A stretch of DNA of 64,000 bases from Balanoglossus misakiensis (taxonomy: Eukaryota; Animalia; Hemichordata): contig CM082593.2 of NCBI GenBank assembly GCA_040954595.2, forward strand, positions 11,173,477 through 11,237,476, written 5' to 3'. Below the pieces are notes generated by a model. The model saw only the letters and a list, made by a program, of their open reading frames with translations, ran no database searches and was not told the origin of the DNA. How positions within the stretch are numbered: the first letter of the stretch is position 1; each line of letters begins with the position of its first letter. Made by a program: the position numbers and the translations under genes. Shown piece after piece: positions 48,784 to 62,889 of the stretch.

Positions 48784-50527
48784 ATGTACAACTGAAGAAA
48801 AAAGGAATCACAAATCTTAAAACTAAGATGCCGTTAAGAATTAAATTTCGCGAAAAGGAAGTGACGAAATACGTACATTTTCAGGTGCTCTACAACAAGT
48901 AGTCTCCCTATCATCCCTATTGGAGCATGCAGCTAAAATTTACCATGACGTCATTGATTCTACGCGAACGTTTTTCTAATGGCGATAAACATATTTTGTA
49001 TAAATTGTGCTCAAACGCCCGTGAATCTCACTCGCAAAAATTCACAAGTGGCGCATACAACACTAGGAAGAAAATTGTTTAGCAGTCTATAGAGTTTGTG
49101 ACCTGAGATTTAGAAGTAAAAGTTAAACTTAAAAGTTGAGACAGAAGTGATTGAAGAGTAAAGAAACTTTTGAAGTGTTAAGAAAGTTATCGCATTCCTG
49201 ATGAAAAGAAAAGAAAATACAATACATTCATTGTTTTAAGGAACACAAGGAAGACAAGTACTATGCAATCAGAGTATGCATGGATCATTCATCTAAAAAT
49301 ATATCTCCGCGTCTTTTGGCGGGTAAAAATAAAATGCTGGAACGGTCTTTTGGATGGCGGACTATTTGTGTCCTTCTTGTCCTCAGAACGCAAGTGGTCG
49401 AGTAGGTTTATTTCATTAAATTCTTATATTCTCAGTTGCTACCATAAATACCCAGTGTTCGTGTCGATGTATCTGGACGTCAGCACGATTCCATATAGGT
49501 ACCTCTCAGTATTAGCCAAGCGAGTTATCCCCATCAATAGAGTTTAATTCCCTGTTACATTCCCAACACCAATCCTCCCGCGTGACATTGAGGTTGAAGG
49601 TATACAAACCTTAGGAATCATGCAACCATCCAGAAAGTGTAATAAATTTTGAAGCTATGATGTGAGTTTTCAGTTCGTTTCTTCTTTTGATTTGTTGATG
49701 TAACATTGTGCGTTTTAAATAAAAGATAAAAAAATGTACAGCAATGACGTCACAAAATTCACTGGTATTGATAAAGCTATATTATATCATATATTATATG
49801 TGTTAAATACTACCGTATCTCATTATTGCAGTATTTCGTGCTTTAACACAAAATACGCGAATAGGGTTTAATACAAAACTAAATGACACCATTTCTGTTT
49901 CTTTGCCAAAATTCTTAATCACAAGATCAACCCATCCTTACGCCTCTACTCTATTGCTAAGAGAAACCAGCGTCCGTAACATGCATTGTGAAACCCCTCA
50001 ACAACATGCATGTCAACACTTCATTTTTTCTCCAGCATTGTCAGTTTGGTACCCTGACAACTCACGGGGCATCATGGGACAATATTAAAGCTGATTCAGT
50101 GTTTATGTGCATAAAACACACGGCGGTGGAAACATTCGTTTTAAATTATTGTGGACGCGCGCACGCCCTTGTCTGTGTACAGGTACTTGATGCTTGTCTA
50201 CAGTCACGTGAAACGCTGTTGGTAGTACCCTAGAAGATAGATATCTTTAATCAGAACTTTGGTAAGGAAGGTTTGAGAAGTCCATTCTATGTAAAGAAAG
50301 TTTAAGAAGTGTGTTACCAAAGGGTGTGGGGGTGGCTGGGGGTCATCAATATATCACTCTGCATCACGTTCACAGAAAAGGTCGCGACACGCCCACAAAT
50401 CCACTCACGACTTGCGTCACCGGTTACAGGAGTTCGTACAAAAGTGTGGTTTATGCACATTTACACTGAATCAGTTTTTTTGGCCCATGATGCCCATGGG
50501 CCAATACAGGCCACGATGCCTCCAGAA

Positions 50528-50770
50528 TGATGATGGCAATGATGGTGATGATGATGATTGTGGTGGTGGTGGTGGTGGTGGTGATTGAGCTTTAATTTCC
50601 CTTTCTTCCTGTCTAACCACTTCCTCTCTCACCTTCACTTATTCGGTCTCTCCCCTCCCCTTCTGTCAAAGTCCTCCCCTCATTCCCTTTCCATCCTGAC
50701 ATTCTCATTTCCGCCCTCTTGCTTTTCTTCTCCTTTCTCACATTCCTTTTCTCACCTCTCTCCCCCCTCC
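50528..50770. repeat. (GAT/GGT)n microsatellite followed by a polypyrimidine low-complexity tract
   Basis: Directly visible. Confidence 0.85.
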
Positions 50771-51406
50771 GTAACATGTTATGTAATATATAAAGTAAAA
50801 AAGTCCAAAGCATGATGTTATCACAGATGACATTTGGAATGTATTATTGTACTATCTGGTTTAATTTCAAACATAGTGGAGTTATTTATTGGCCAGTATT
50901 TAAGCATGTTTAAAGAAGTCAAACAGCATAATAGGCACATTTCATATCAAACAAAATTGACCAAATAAGCTCAAAAGAGGATTTGAACAATTTGTCCCTT
51001 TAAGTAATGTTCAATATTGGATTTACACTTGTGATTGTATGTCATCTCCCTTTTGTTAGAAACCTCACAGTCATATAATAAACAGGTGACCTGACAATCA
51101 TTTGAAATACCAAACTTCGGCAGCTATTCCAGTTTGGTCCAAAAACCTAATTTTAACTGGCACCTCAACTTTAGGACTATTATGGATGTTGCTGAAACTT
51201 GAAGTGGGCTGCTTGTGAAGAGGAAGACGTGGAGTGTCTCTCAGACAACGCTGCGCTCAGTCAGAGATAAAGTCAAAATATGGATTTGACTTGCAACAGT
51301 AATTTGTTAGTTAAGTCAAATTCAACTTAAATATGTCTCTTTGGGTCAGTCTTAACGGGTGTAGCATGCTGGAAGGGTGTGCTTACCCATTTCCGACACC
51401 TAGTAC

Positions 51407-51847
51407 CACAGGGGCTGCAAACATGAAAGTTATAAATGGCGAAGTACGTTCCATTCTGCGTTTTCCCAACCTGTCTTATCATTTGCTAATCCAGAATAAA
51501 AGCTATCCATTTCCCATTGCTAACGACTTAATCTGTGTGCCCCATCCATGGATTAAGTTAATAAAGTAAACATCGGTCAGCGAGTACTGAGTATTCTCTT
51601 ACCAAGTGAGAACTGACCGATGTTTACTTAATCCACTAAATCCGTGGATGGGGCACACAGATTAAGTCGTTAGCAGGTGCTTAATGGGAAATGCAATAGT
51701 TTGTATTCTGGATTAGCAACTGCTAAGACAGGTGGAGGTAACACAGAAAAATAAACAAGCACAAAGACTGTTCATCAATTAATGTTTATTGGGGGAAAAT
51801 GCAGGAACTCCGCCTTTTATAACTTTCATGTTTGCAGCCCCCCTGTG
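51407..51847. mobile_element. Almost fully palindromic MITE
   Basis: cacaggggctgcaaacatgaaagttataaa / tttataactttcatgtttgcagcccccctgtg. The inner arms pair up to a short loop near 51580-51612. Confidence 0.85.
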
Positions 51848-53486
51848 CGAGTACTACCACTTAGCAGTGGTTCAAGATGATCCTGTTGAAATTGTAAGTT
51901 TTTCTCTTATTTCTTTTTTGAACCTGGACCTGGTAATTAGCTTAGCTTGAGTAATATTGATTATTGGACCTGGTTTGATGTCTTATTATAACAACTACAG
52001 AAGAATCTCTGGACACAGTGAAATACAATCCAGGGTTATGGTAATGACTGACAAATTGTCAGTTTAAAAAAGTAGACAAAGAACTCAGTTAAATATTATA
52101 ATAAAAATATGCTTTTAATATAAGGAAAAGGTACAATTGATATACTTGTAATTAAAACATAAATATAATGATGAAATTCTTCAACTGTTCTGTAGTTGCA
52201 CCAGTATTTGTATAAGCTAAAAATGTTGACTTCTGGCAGGACAACTCAAACAGATATTAAACTTATTTATAGTACTTCCACTTCATGACTTTGTTCAAAA
52301 ATTTCCCAAACTTATTTCATTGTTGATGAGTTGTCACCTCCGAACAACACAAAAAGGAACAGTTTGTATAAAAAAGTAATTTTGCATGAATCTTAAACAT
52401 ACATGCACAAGTTGAGTGAATAACACAATATAATCATATTCTACAATGAATTACAATATCAAGATTAAGGGTTTCACATATGACATTACATTGCTACATT
52501 TTATATACATGAATTTAATTTGAAAAATTTCCATTGATCTATAACACCATGAATAATATAAAAATATGCGAATAAATACTTTGAATTATTATATATACAT
52601 GTCAGGTCTCAAAGTGAGTAACTATATTTCCATTCACCTATGAACTGGTTATTAACCAAATGAAATGATAGGATCTTTTATTTTGAGGATCTTATAATTG
52701 TGATCATACACATCCATATTCCAAAATTCGCATGCCAAACAAATATCAGATTTATACGGCCAGTTGTAAAGACAGTACAAGGGACAAAAAAATTGATAAT
52801 AGTTAATCATCATCTCCCTTCTTTTACAGTCTTGGAGAATGGTGACGGTTGAAGTCAAATTAAAGAAAAATATCAAGAAAAATATCAAAATTTGAAGCAC
52901 TAATTCAGGAGGATATATATCATCGGGAGGTAGTCACTGAATATATTGAGAGAAATAATTCATAATCTATGCATTTGGATGAAAAGACCTTCTATCTGAT
53001 CAAGTTAAGGATAAATGCTGCCTTGTATGAATACAGAAGCAAGTCAGCATGCAAAGGGAGAGCTGAATTGGTACACTGTTAAATTTGTCCTCCAAATTCA
53101 ACAAAAATATGTTGTTGTTTAGGAATTCTCGTATTATCATATCTTTTTCATTACACAATACCTTATAATAAGTCATAACAAATTTTTAAGGAAAATTCTT
53201 TAAAATATGTAAAATATATAGCCTTATAACCAACATACTTTAAAGATGATTATTTATGATCATTTCATTCAGATGTTGCTAAGAGTGTAATAATAAAGAT
53301 CTGTTTCACTCCAACCAATTTAATGTGCGCTTATCACAGTACTGTCGTCTGACAAAGCATAACTATTATTGTTATCATTTATGGGATTATACCAAGCTTA
53401 TCACAGTACTGTGTCAACTCACAAAATGAAAACCATTCTAGTTATCATTTGAATTATACCATACATGTACACACAGAGATGGCACA

Positions 53487-56400
53487 TTAGAAGTATCTGT
53501 CTCCGTGACTCTCATGAAATAGTTCATTTCTACTCTTAAGAGGCCTTGGTCTCCATTCCTCACTTCCACTGGCACTACCACTGTCGCCACTATACATGGG
53601 ATTGTAGTGATAGATTTCTCTGAAGGCTTCCTCATCTTCCACACTTTTCCCTGCCTTGCTATCAACATCATCTGTATCATCAAACCAATGGATATCCATA
53701 GTTGCCTCTTGTTCTTCCCAGCCTGGATGTTTCTTTCCTCCAAGAGCACACCTGAATGTCAAATAGTTGAACATCATCAATGTGGGATTTGTTGTGATGT
53801 TGTTACTACTGTAGAATAACGCAGGTGGTTGTTGGACACTTTGCGGTCTGGTCGCGTGACTTTGCCTTGTTAGCCGCCATGCATGTTGAACGCAAATTAT
53901 ACCATGATGCACTGCAGTTACCCTATACGCGAATAGGTCTATGCATGAACTCTTTGAATAAATTTGCTTCCACGATACAGATGTGATTATTTTTCACGTT
54001 GCCTCATGCATGTATGGAAAGATACAGGTAAATTCCCAGTTTTCTGATGGGCAACATTTCTACAGCTGTCTCGATTCTACTCTGGTAGTACTAAATAACT
54101 TACCGTTGGTACATGAGTAACATTATTACACCAAGCACTAACACAGCCGCTAAACCTCCCGCAACACCACCAATGATGACAGCTGTGTCAACGGAGGAAT
54201 CTGTAAGAGTTTAAATATTTATATTTGTCACGGGGGCGATATGCTACGATAAAAGCAAGACAACCATTCATTATGATGCTTAACTATTGTAAAATGGTTA
54301 GTTGACCAAAAATCTAGTTATACTGCAGATGTTGCAGTTTCACCATTTTCACAAATATTTTCAAGACAACGTAAACTGTAATCATGTAGATCAAACAAAT
54401 GTGTAAACTTTAGTGAATATTGTTTTTCAATCTTGAGTTATTAAAAGACAAAGAAATGTATACACACCTTTAACTTGCATTGGTATTCTCTGGCGGCAAG
54501 TTTCACCTTGATATTCATCAGTACATTCACAAACAGGATTGCCATCACTGTCCTTGATGCAAACAGCATTGTTTGAGCAGAACCCTTCACATTTATCTAG
54601 ACACAAGAATAAAATCACATCACATTATTCTACCTGACGAACCATTTGTATTAGACAAGAACTAAACCCACTTGCAGATTCATTTCTTACAAACGGAATG
54701 GAAGTTGTGTGCTGTCGAACGTTGATTCACTATATATCCACATGTACCGGGTGAATAACATAAACAGTGTCTTGTATCAAACATAATTAATGGAAAAAGG
54801 GCAGCAAGAGAGATACTAAATCAACAGTAGTTTCTACGTTTTAGCTGTACATATTTCTGTTGACATTTCAGTTGTAGATAGTTACATACCTGTACAAGTT
54901 ATTCCATCACCAGTGAAACCAGTTTTGCAAGTGCATTCATATCCTGGTACAAGATTCCTGCAAGTGGCATTTGGGTGACAGTCATCCAGACCAAGACGAC
55001 ATTCATGTGCATCTAGAAAACAAAAATTCTTGCAATGTCTTTAACTGACCACCAAATAAAACTATGGGATCTTCATACATATCACCAGTTAAAGGTATAC
55101 GGTCACCTATGGAAAATTAGCTATAGTTACCATGGCAAAAGGAGATCTAGCCAATCACAGATTTTCAGTGGGTGGCACATGCAAAAAAGAGCGCCACCAT
55201 ATGTTCTTTAGAACTCTCATATACTCCATTTCAGCCATATATGGGCGTTTGTAAATTGGAGGTGACTGTATACCTTTAAGTTAGATGACTACCCAGATGC
55301 AGTGCATGGTTATCACATTCCATAGCCTAACATGTAGAATTCTGAGAAAACAGTATTACAATATTGTTATTTCCGTGAAATTTTCAGAAAAGGTGTTAAA
55401 AGAGGAGCATTATTAAATTATATAAAAATATTGGATCACACAACATATCAAATGATACTCTAAATAAAGAAGAAAATTTCTTATAATGAAGTGTTTGTGT
55501 CAGATTGAACAGTTAAGGTTGATCTCCACAAGCACTCCATGCATGTTATCAGTTCTATGATTATGAAAAATTTATTCCTACCATCACATTCTGTTTCATA
55601 TAGGGCACCCTCTCTGCCTGTAGTGTAGCCAGTTGGGCATGGTTGACAAGCATCCTGGTTGAATTCAAAGTTATATGTTCCAACAGGGAATTTCTCACAT
55701 CTATAGGACTCCTGATTCAAGTACCAACCAACATTGCAGTAAGCTGTTGATGGAATGGAAAAAGAGCATAGAATAAAATTGGAGGACTATCATTATTTTG
55801 AACAACTGAGGCACAATAATACAACCTTCAGTTCAGTACAGTTGAGATACAACATGAAAAGTTGTATACATAATACTTACAAACATTACAATCTTCACTT
55901 AAGGTTGAACCGACTGTTCTTGTGGTGAAGCCAAATGGGCACGGCATACAAGATGGCTGAAGTTCAGCATTTGATCGATAGGTTCCCATGGGACACGACT
56001 CACAAGACCCATTGACACTAAGTTGGACTCCCACTGATTTACATACCTCTGTAATTGAGAAGATTAATTTTTTGATATTCACGATTATCTGCTTTTCACT
56101 CACGTGAATTTGTTAAACTGTTGAATATGTTACATATCTGGCGGTTCTAAAGTAAAAACCTACTCGGAAAAAAGTTTACTGGATGCCGAAATATTGCTTG
56201 CCTGTCACTTACAAATGATAACGCCATGGGTACGTCACATGGCCAGATCATGTGATTGATAGTCAAGAATAGCAAATAACACAAGTACCTACCCTGACAT
56301 TGTGACTCATCAGTAGCTCCTTCAACTAATGTAAGCATTCCCTTTGGGCAAGTATTACACACAAACTTTCCTTCTTCTGATTGCCAGAATCCAATGGGGC

Positions 56401-59400
56401 AGCTTTGGCACTGAGAAGTCCCGTTGTCAAAGTAGTGACCAACATCGCACCTCTCTGCAATAGACATCATTGTTGAAAAATTATTTTTTCAACCAAAGAG
56501 ATGAACATTCCAATTGTCATTCTTTCCATATTGGATCACACCACAATAATTTGATATATACGTCACAATTCCCGGCAAGGGGTATGGGGTTTTATCGGGC
56601 CAGTGGCATGAGTGAGGCTAGACGCTAGTTTTGGAATACGGCTAGATACTAGGCTATGGCTGTGGACGAGGAGGAGATATTGCCTTCTGTTATACATACC
56701 AAAACACTGCAAGATGGATAATGATCTCTTTCCCCTGGTGACTCCATTATTTGGACAGGCATTGCATGCTGTTTGTCCTTCAAGGGGTTGATAATATCCA
56801 ATTGCACAAGGATGGCACTGACTCAGCTCAGTGTCATGGTACGACCCTTCAGGACACAATACTGTGGAAATACAAAATGTTGAAGGCAGATGTATACATT
56901 GTTCATGTACTGATCATTATGCATTAATGGTTTAAAACACAACTACAATTGTAACACACAGCATTCATTTTGGCTAGTTTTTCACTCTTGTGTCTACAAG
57001 TGGGATTGCAGTTGTGTGTGGTTGAATGTTGATTCACTATATATCCACATGTAGAATAACATTAACTGTGTCTTCTATCAAACATAATTAATGGAAAAAG
57101 GGCAGCGAGAAAGAGACTTTGTCCCTCCTTGGTATGAGCATATCAAATCAATTATTTCCTTATATCACCTCTTGGTTGGGTTGTATTTACCACTCACACT
57201 TGTCTTTAATTTGTACACTGCGACTCACAACCACACTCGCAGCAATACGGCCCACCTAACAGGTCATATCAGGCGATATAAACATATTAACATCTACACC
57301 TTTTTATAATATTAATTTTGGACACAGTTTTAATCCTTTCACCACCATGGTTCAGTCCAAACCAATTGTTTTCTATGGTAAGGTTTGACCTCTATAGAGG
57401 AAACTGGGAGTGAAAGGGTTAAAGTACATAACAACTGAGGAGTATAGGCACTCACCACATTCTTCTCCAACAAGAACACTACCATTGGAACAGAATATTG
57501 TACTTTCAACTTGTAATGTCTCAGCGTCGACCGAATATTCAGCTGTATCAAAAGGACCATTCTTGACTGCATCTTCAATAACTACAACTGCAGCATCAGC
57601 AGAGCTAATGGATAAAACAACAGGCAAAAAATTCTTACATATGCCACATTACAATACCAACCAGAAGTGTGTACTGTAAACTGAATTGTTTTCACGACAG
57701 GAAATTTTCGCGATATTAAAAGAGGCGACTGTTACGTGAGGACGAATTTTCGAGTTCTCGTATTTCACTAACTGCATCATTATCTCCAAAAACATTTTAC
57801 ACAACTTTTTATTTTAACGTTTTTTTGACCAGCACATGTTTTGCAGAAATTTACTGCTCGCGAAAATAACACGTTTTGCAGTATATTTCGAATGCATGAA
57901 TCTTTAGAATACAGGATGCCGCAACATGAAGGAAGGTGGGCAGAAATGATGGGGTTGCCAAAAACTGAAAATGTTTGAGTGTTAAGACACAAAATAATTT
58001 GTTTTCACTTGCATGAATGGACTATTTTGCAATAATGCAAACACCAGCTGTATAGGGAATACAGAGCTGGTCCTCACACAGCCTGGGATCAGTACCCTAG
58101 ACATGTCACCAAAGTCATTTCAATAGAACAGAAGGGGAATGAAATACTCGAAAAATAACAATTACTACTCACGCATTGGTTGTGAAACTGAACTGAACCA
58201 CAAGCTGAGTATCAGCCTGTCTCTTTCTTCGGTTTGAGGCGCCGCAGGTTATTTCAAGGTCATCAAAGTTGCATTCACCGCCACAAATACCAAACAAATC
58301 ATTCAGATAGTTGATAGTGTTCATAAAACTGATCCTCAATTGCTGGATGACACCATTGTTACATGTACCAGCCTGTGAATTGTATGACACGCCACAATTC
58401 ACTCCACGTTGAGTCTTCCCAGGAGCTGCAGTAGAACAATACAAACAAACAAATTTTGTTAAAGATGCAATTTTCAATCTAGCGAACGATGTATTGACTT
58501 AGACTGCGAAACCGCTTAGCCAATCAGGAAAGTTACAGCTGCTTACCCAGAACAAAATATTAAGAAAATAGCTCAAATGTACTGGAGCTTTATATTGGGG
58601 TAAGCAGATATGATGTTAACAAATTATCTACCTGTAATCACAACCTTGACATACTGTAAAGCAAGAATTTGCATTACTCATATTTCTCTTTTCATTTATA
58701 ACTAAAAGAAAATTGTCTCAATGCTGGAATACCCCCTCTCACAACTCTCTCTCTTTGGAGAATTTTCTGAATGTGCATGTGCCACCTGATTATATTTCTT
58801 TACTGATACCAAATCATTTTTTTCTCACCTGAACATCCAGGGAAGGTGAATTCCTCGTCTGGATTCTCAGGATTAAAAGATCCTTCACTATGGCAGAGAT
58901 AGTAAGGTGCTGGCAGGCTTGCAAACTTGTATCCTGGTAAACAATCCACCTGACAGAACACACCCGACTCAAACTCATTACAGATGGAAATACCTTTAAC
59001 TGGTGGTGCTGGCTTTTCACAATCAAATGATGTAAAAGAAAGGAGAACACAGTTTATTTGTCTATATATATATTTTTAATTTTATTTCATCTATCATCCA
59101 ACAGGCAAATACTACCCAAATGTCTGTGTCTCATATATCATCCAACAGGCAAATACTACCCAAATGTCCAGGTCTAGGTAACGAACCCACAACCCTAGCC
59201 ACTAGGGCACAATGCCTCTTTTACCAGGTTCACACAGGGTAAAATTTGAGACACTATTTGCCAGTGCTAACCACAGAGCATTAATCCTTTGAGTCATGTT
59301 GTGTCCACACACACAAAGTTTATGTATGGGTGCTGAGGCTCGGCCCCATAGACAATGGGTTGCGGAGAGGTGTTAATCCTTACACCGGCTCAGGTCTGGC

Positions 59401-62400
59401 TGGCAGAGCCGTCTAAAATCTGAGACGTTTCAGGACCACTTACACCGTCCACACATGTTTTTTTAAGACAGTATCAATTCTGAGATGCTTCAGAACTGTC
59501 TTAATGGTGTATGTGTGACACCCATATTTATTACACAGTCAAATATTTTAAACAGAACACCAACACATTAACATGTTTCTATGTAAAAGGGACTAGGAAA
59601 AGCTGTTGGTTGAAGAGAGGTTTCCCGATTAGACAGGGTTTGTTTTAGACGGGTTTGAGTGTCCTTGTATGTTCTGAATGATGTTGTTATAATTTTTGAT
59701 AGTTACATAGGGACAAAAGTGATAATGATGCAATCATATTACTGTAAAACAGCAAATTTTCCCAAACTTCGGCAAAAAAAAAGAAGAAAATAAAGTCGCA
59801 TAAAATGTTTTTCAGAGATAACAGAGTAGTTAGTAAAATACTAGAATGCGGAAATTTAATTCTCGTGTCACAGTTGCCTCTTTTGATATATTGCAAAATA
59901 TTTTCTGTCACGAAAATGTCCCGTTTTACAGTATGTGACAAGACATAACAAGGGGTAGAGATGACAATTTGTCAAGATATTAATTAATTTGTAAAGTTTA
60001 TGTATGAATGATAAAAAAATTCACTCACGCAGTACATAGAGTAAAAAGTTGCACTGTGCATTGTTGCCAGCTGTATCTGAAGCAACATAGCTGATCTGGT
60101 AGGTTCCCCAGGAAAAGGTGTCACCTGTAAGAACAAAATTATGCACATCATTACAGGCATGGGTGCTAAAGCCAAAATAGCTTCCGTTTCTTGAATGTTT
60201 TTCATGATTTTCTTTTCAAACTTAGAATGGTCCATTTAAGTGAGCTATCTGGTGGGTATACACAGGCATATTATCAACTCCTGATTGTGACTGTACATAT
60301 AAACATGAACAAGATATGTATACTAAACAGATATGGTGCCGCACACGTTTATTCAACTGCCCATTGTAAGAGAACACAACATTTGTGGTATGGGTATCCC
60401 CAGTAGTAGTGGAGAATATTAAGTACTTTACTGATTAAAGGCCTTGCTCAACAGTTGGTCAAATCTTTTGTTTCCAATAAACAATTACGTGCAAACACAA
60501 ATGCTTTCGAGTTTTAACTTCATTGTACTGCCCTGGGATCGAGGAAAGGGCCTATAAACATATGGTAATAGTATCAGCAATTGAGGCTTTAATACTTGGA
60601 AGCAAGATCATCTGTCGCACATAGGATGTGCTAGCCATATATGAGTAACGGCCACAAGAATAAACTGTACCAGTATGCTTCATACTGACCATAATCTTAG
60701 GAAAGTTGTCTCAGCTTGTTGGTTTCTGTTTAGATCAACTCCCCACCCCACCCCGATAAAAAAAACTTAGTTAGTGTGAATGTTATATATTATCTATAAT
60801 CAGAAATGATATTTTATAGGAAACTTACCCATTGTGTAGGTTTGTGTCACATTGGCAATGGCGACATAATCTGTAAATATAGGCTCCTGCCATACTCCTG
60901 TTGTCAAGCTATTAGGACTAATTATACGGGTCGTATTGGGACAGTTAATGACTTCAGGAGCGTGTTTATCTGAAGAAAAAAAAATGAAAGAATAACAAAT
61001 GTTTGTAAATTAAACAACTGGTCCACACCCCCTATGCATACACTGGTACATTTAGGTAAATGCACTACTAGATGTTAATATCTGTCACATATTCATGAGA
61101 AATCCAGATATTGTTAAGTGCTTGTTTTCTGATACATGTGAATAGACTAGATCACTGTCAAGAAACACTACAAGATAGGACAGGAGTCATGAGATGGTAT
61201 CCATAGGCATAATAACTGATATGATCAATTACACTCATGATAAGCCTAGTTCTTGGAACAGCAGAAACTGATGATGATGATGGTGATGATGATGACGATG
61301 ATGATGATGATGGTGGTGGTGGTGGTGGTGATGATGATTATGATGATGATGATGGTGATGGTGGTTGTGAATAGTATCATTACATTCAGTGTTAAATACA
61401 TGTACGGTAGAAACAAAAAGAGTGAGCGATACAGGCATGGGCAGATGATGATTCCCTATACTTCCTAAAGTAGGGAGATTGCAGGCTGTGTGATTGGAGT
61501 ACAACACACAGCAGCTAGGGGCTGGTGAATGTACACAGGAAAAACTACTCAAAAGTTCACACAGTTTTCCCTGGACAGACACAACATTACAAGGAGAGCT
61601 GTGTTAAAGTAAGGATTTAGGATTAATCAACTCTGTGAATATGACCCAATTTCTCCTCGTCAGATTATGCATAAAATTGTTTGATAGTAATGAATAAGGC
61701 TATTTACCAACAGGTGTGCATGGTGAACCAGAGTAACCAATTGGGCACCTGGTACTTCCACAAGCTGATGGCTGGATTTTGACCACACTACCCAATAACT
61801 CTTGATCCATTTCAACCCACATGACATGATTGCCAAGTGGACTTTGTGAACAGTTCAAAGCCAGACTCTGGATTTCAACAGGAGTCAATACATAATCGTA
61901 TACATTCATCTGTGTAACATCACCATGGAAGCTAAAATAGTTGTCAAGGAGTCCATTTTCGTCATAGCTTTGACCAAGAATTACCATACAGCTGTTGAAA
62001 AACAAGAGAATAATGAATTCATTAAAAGTGCTGGTAAGAAGTTGTCAAAAATAAACTGTGAAAATCAGTATCGTTCCGCATAAGTTTGAATTTGAAAGTG
62101 CCACGAAGATAGCTTTGCTGATGTCCATAGTTTGCTCCCTTGATTTTTTTGGCCAGTTTTGTTGTAAGTCGCAACATGTTATGATGATATTGTATTGTCA
62201 TGTAGGAGTAAGACAAGCTACCTAGCAGATAAGTTATAAACAAGATAACTGCTTCACAAATAAATGGTTCACTTCTCTTGAGGCTTGGGAAAACTTGACA
62301 GTATAGGAAAATATAGAATTTTAACATGTGATGATGACAATTTTCTATGGCTTTGTAGGAGTTAAAAATGTTCGGAGTTCCACTAGCAACTTACTTTTCT

Positions 62401-62595
62401 GAGTCATCGATACCTGTCCAGGATGGAAGGGGTGATGTTACTGCAACACCATTCAAGTAAACTGCCACAATGCCTTCTTCAATTACCATGACAACATTAT
62501 GCCACGAGTTGTCATCTACTGATACGGTTACACCATTTGTACTGACAGATAGACTTCTGTCCAGGACAAGAAGGGTACTATCAACTTGGGTTAAG
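53487..62595 (-). CDS. 3' part of a large single-pass SVEP1/uninflatable-like receptor: pentraxin/LamG, EGF, HYR, Sushi, RRKR linker, four GCC2/GCC3 Cys-repeat exons, EGF-Ca, EGF, TM, cytoplasmic NPxY. Exons: 62595-62395, 61991-61708, 60969-60829, 60124-60029, 59029-58829, 58425-58173, 57604-57456, 56861-56700, 56454-56293, 56048-55881, 55743-55582, 55012-54890, 54596-54468, 54200-54104, 53751-53487
   Basis: Phase-consistent exon chain with gt/ag ends (one exception at 59030). Motifs: VILGQ..FHGDVTQMNVYDYVL, DKHAPEVINCP..FSWGTYQISYVASDTAGN, CHPCAIGYYQPLEGQTACNACP, DAHECRLGLDDCHPNATC, TM AVIIGGVAGGLAAVLVLGVIMLLMY, YNPMY. Upstream exons lie beyond the window. Confidence 0.92.
54720..54815 (+). 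repeat. ~95-bp dispersed intronic repeat, second copy at 57027-57118
   Basis: gttgattcactatatatccacatgta...tatcaaacataattaatggaaaaagggcagc occurs in both introns. Confidence 0.8.
55093..55275. mobile_element. 183-bp Kolobok-type MITE
   Basis: TTAA-AGGTATACGGTCACC...GGTGACTGTATACCT-TTAA. Confidence 0.85.
57672..57883. mobile_element. TA-flanked MITE (Tc1/mariner-like); a relative lies at ~59740-59933
   Basis: tactgtaaa...ttttcgcga / tcgcgaaaa...ttttgcagta imperfect TIRs. Confidence 0.6.
61269..61369. repeat. (GAT/GGT)n intronic microsatellite
   Basis: Directly visible; it explains the poly-His and poly-Met ORFs. Confidence 0.95.
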
Positions 62596-62889
62596 CTGCC
62601 AAGAAATTCAAAACAGAGATTAGACATAAATCGGTGCATCAGCTGGTACTTTTGGGAAATTATCACACTTTTTTCAAACTGCACCACCTTTAGCCCATAC
62701 AGAAGTATGCACTGAACTATGTACAAGTATTATGAACCCTAAGTATGAGTGCATATGCAAGTTTAAACCAGACAAATAATAAATCTTCGCCGCAAAGGAA
62801 TATGGTCGCCACCGTGAGAAAATGCAAAATACAATTAAAGTTGCAAGCAGCGTTGGCGGGGCACAAGCGGTTCCCATGGTAACAAGCAA

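Noticed and set aside
61235-61582. Poly-His and poly-Met ORFs
   Set aside because: Translations of an intronic (GAT/GGT)n microsatellite.
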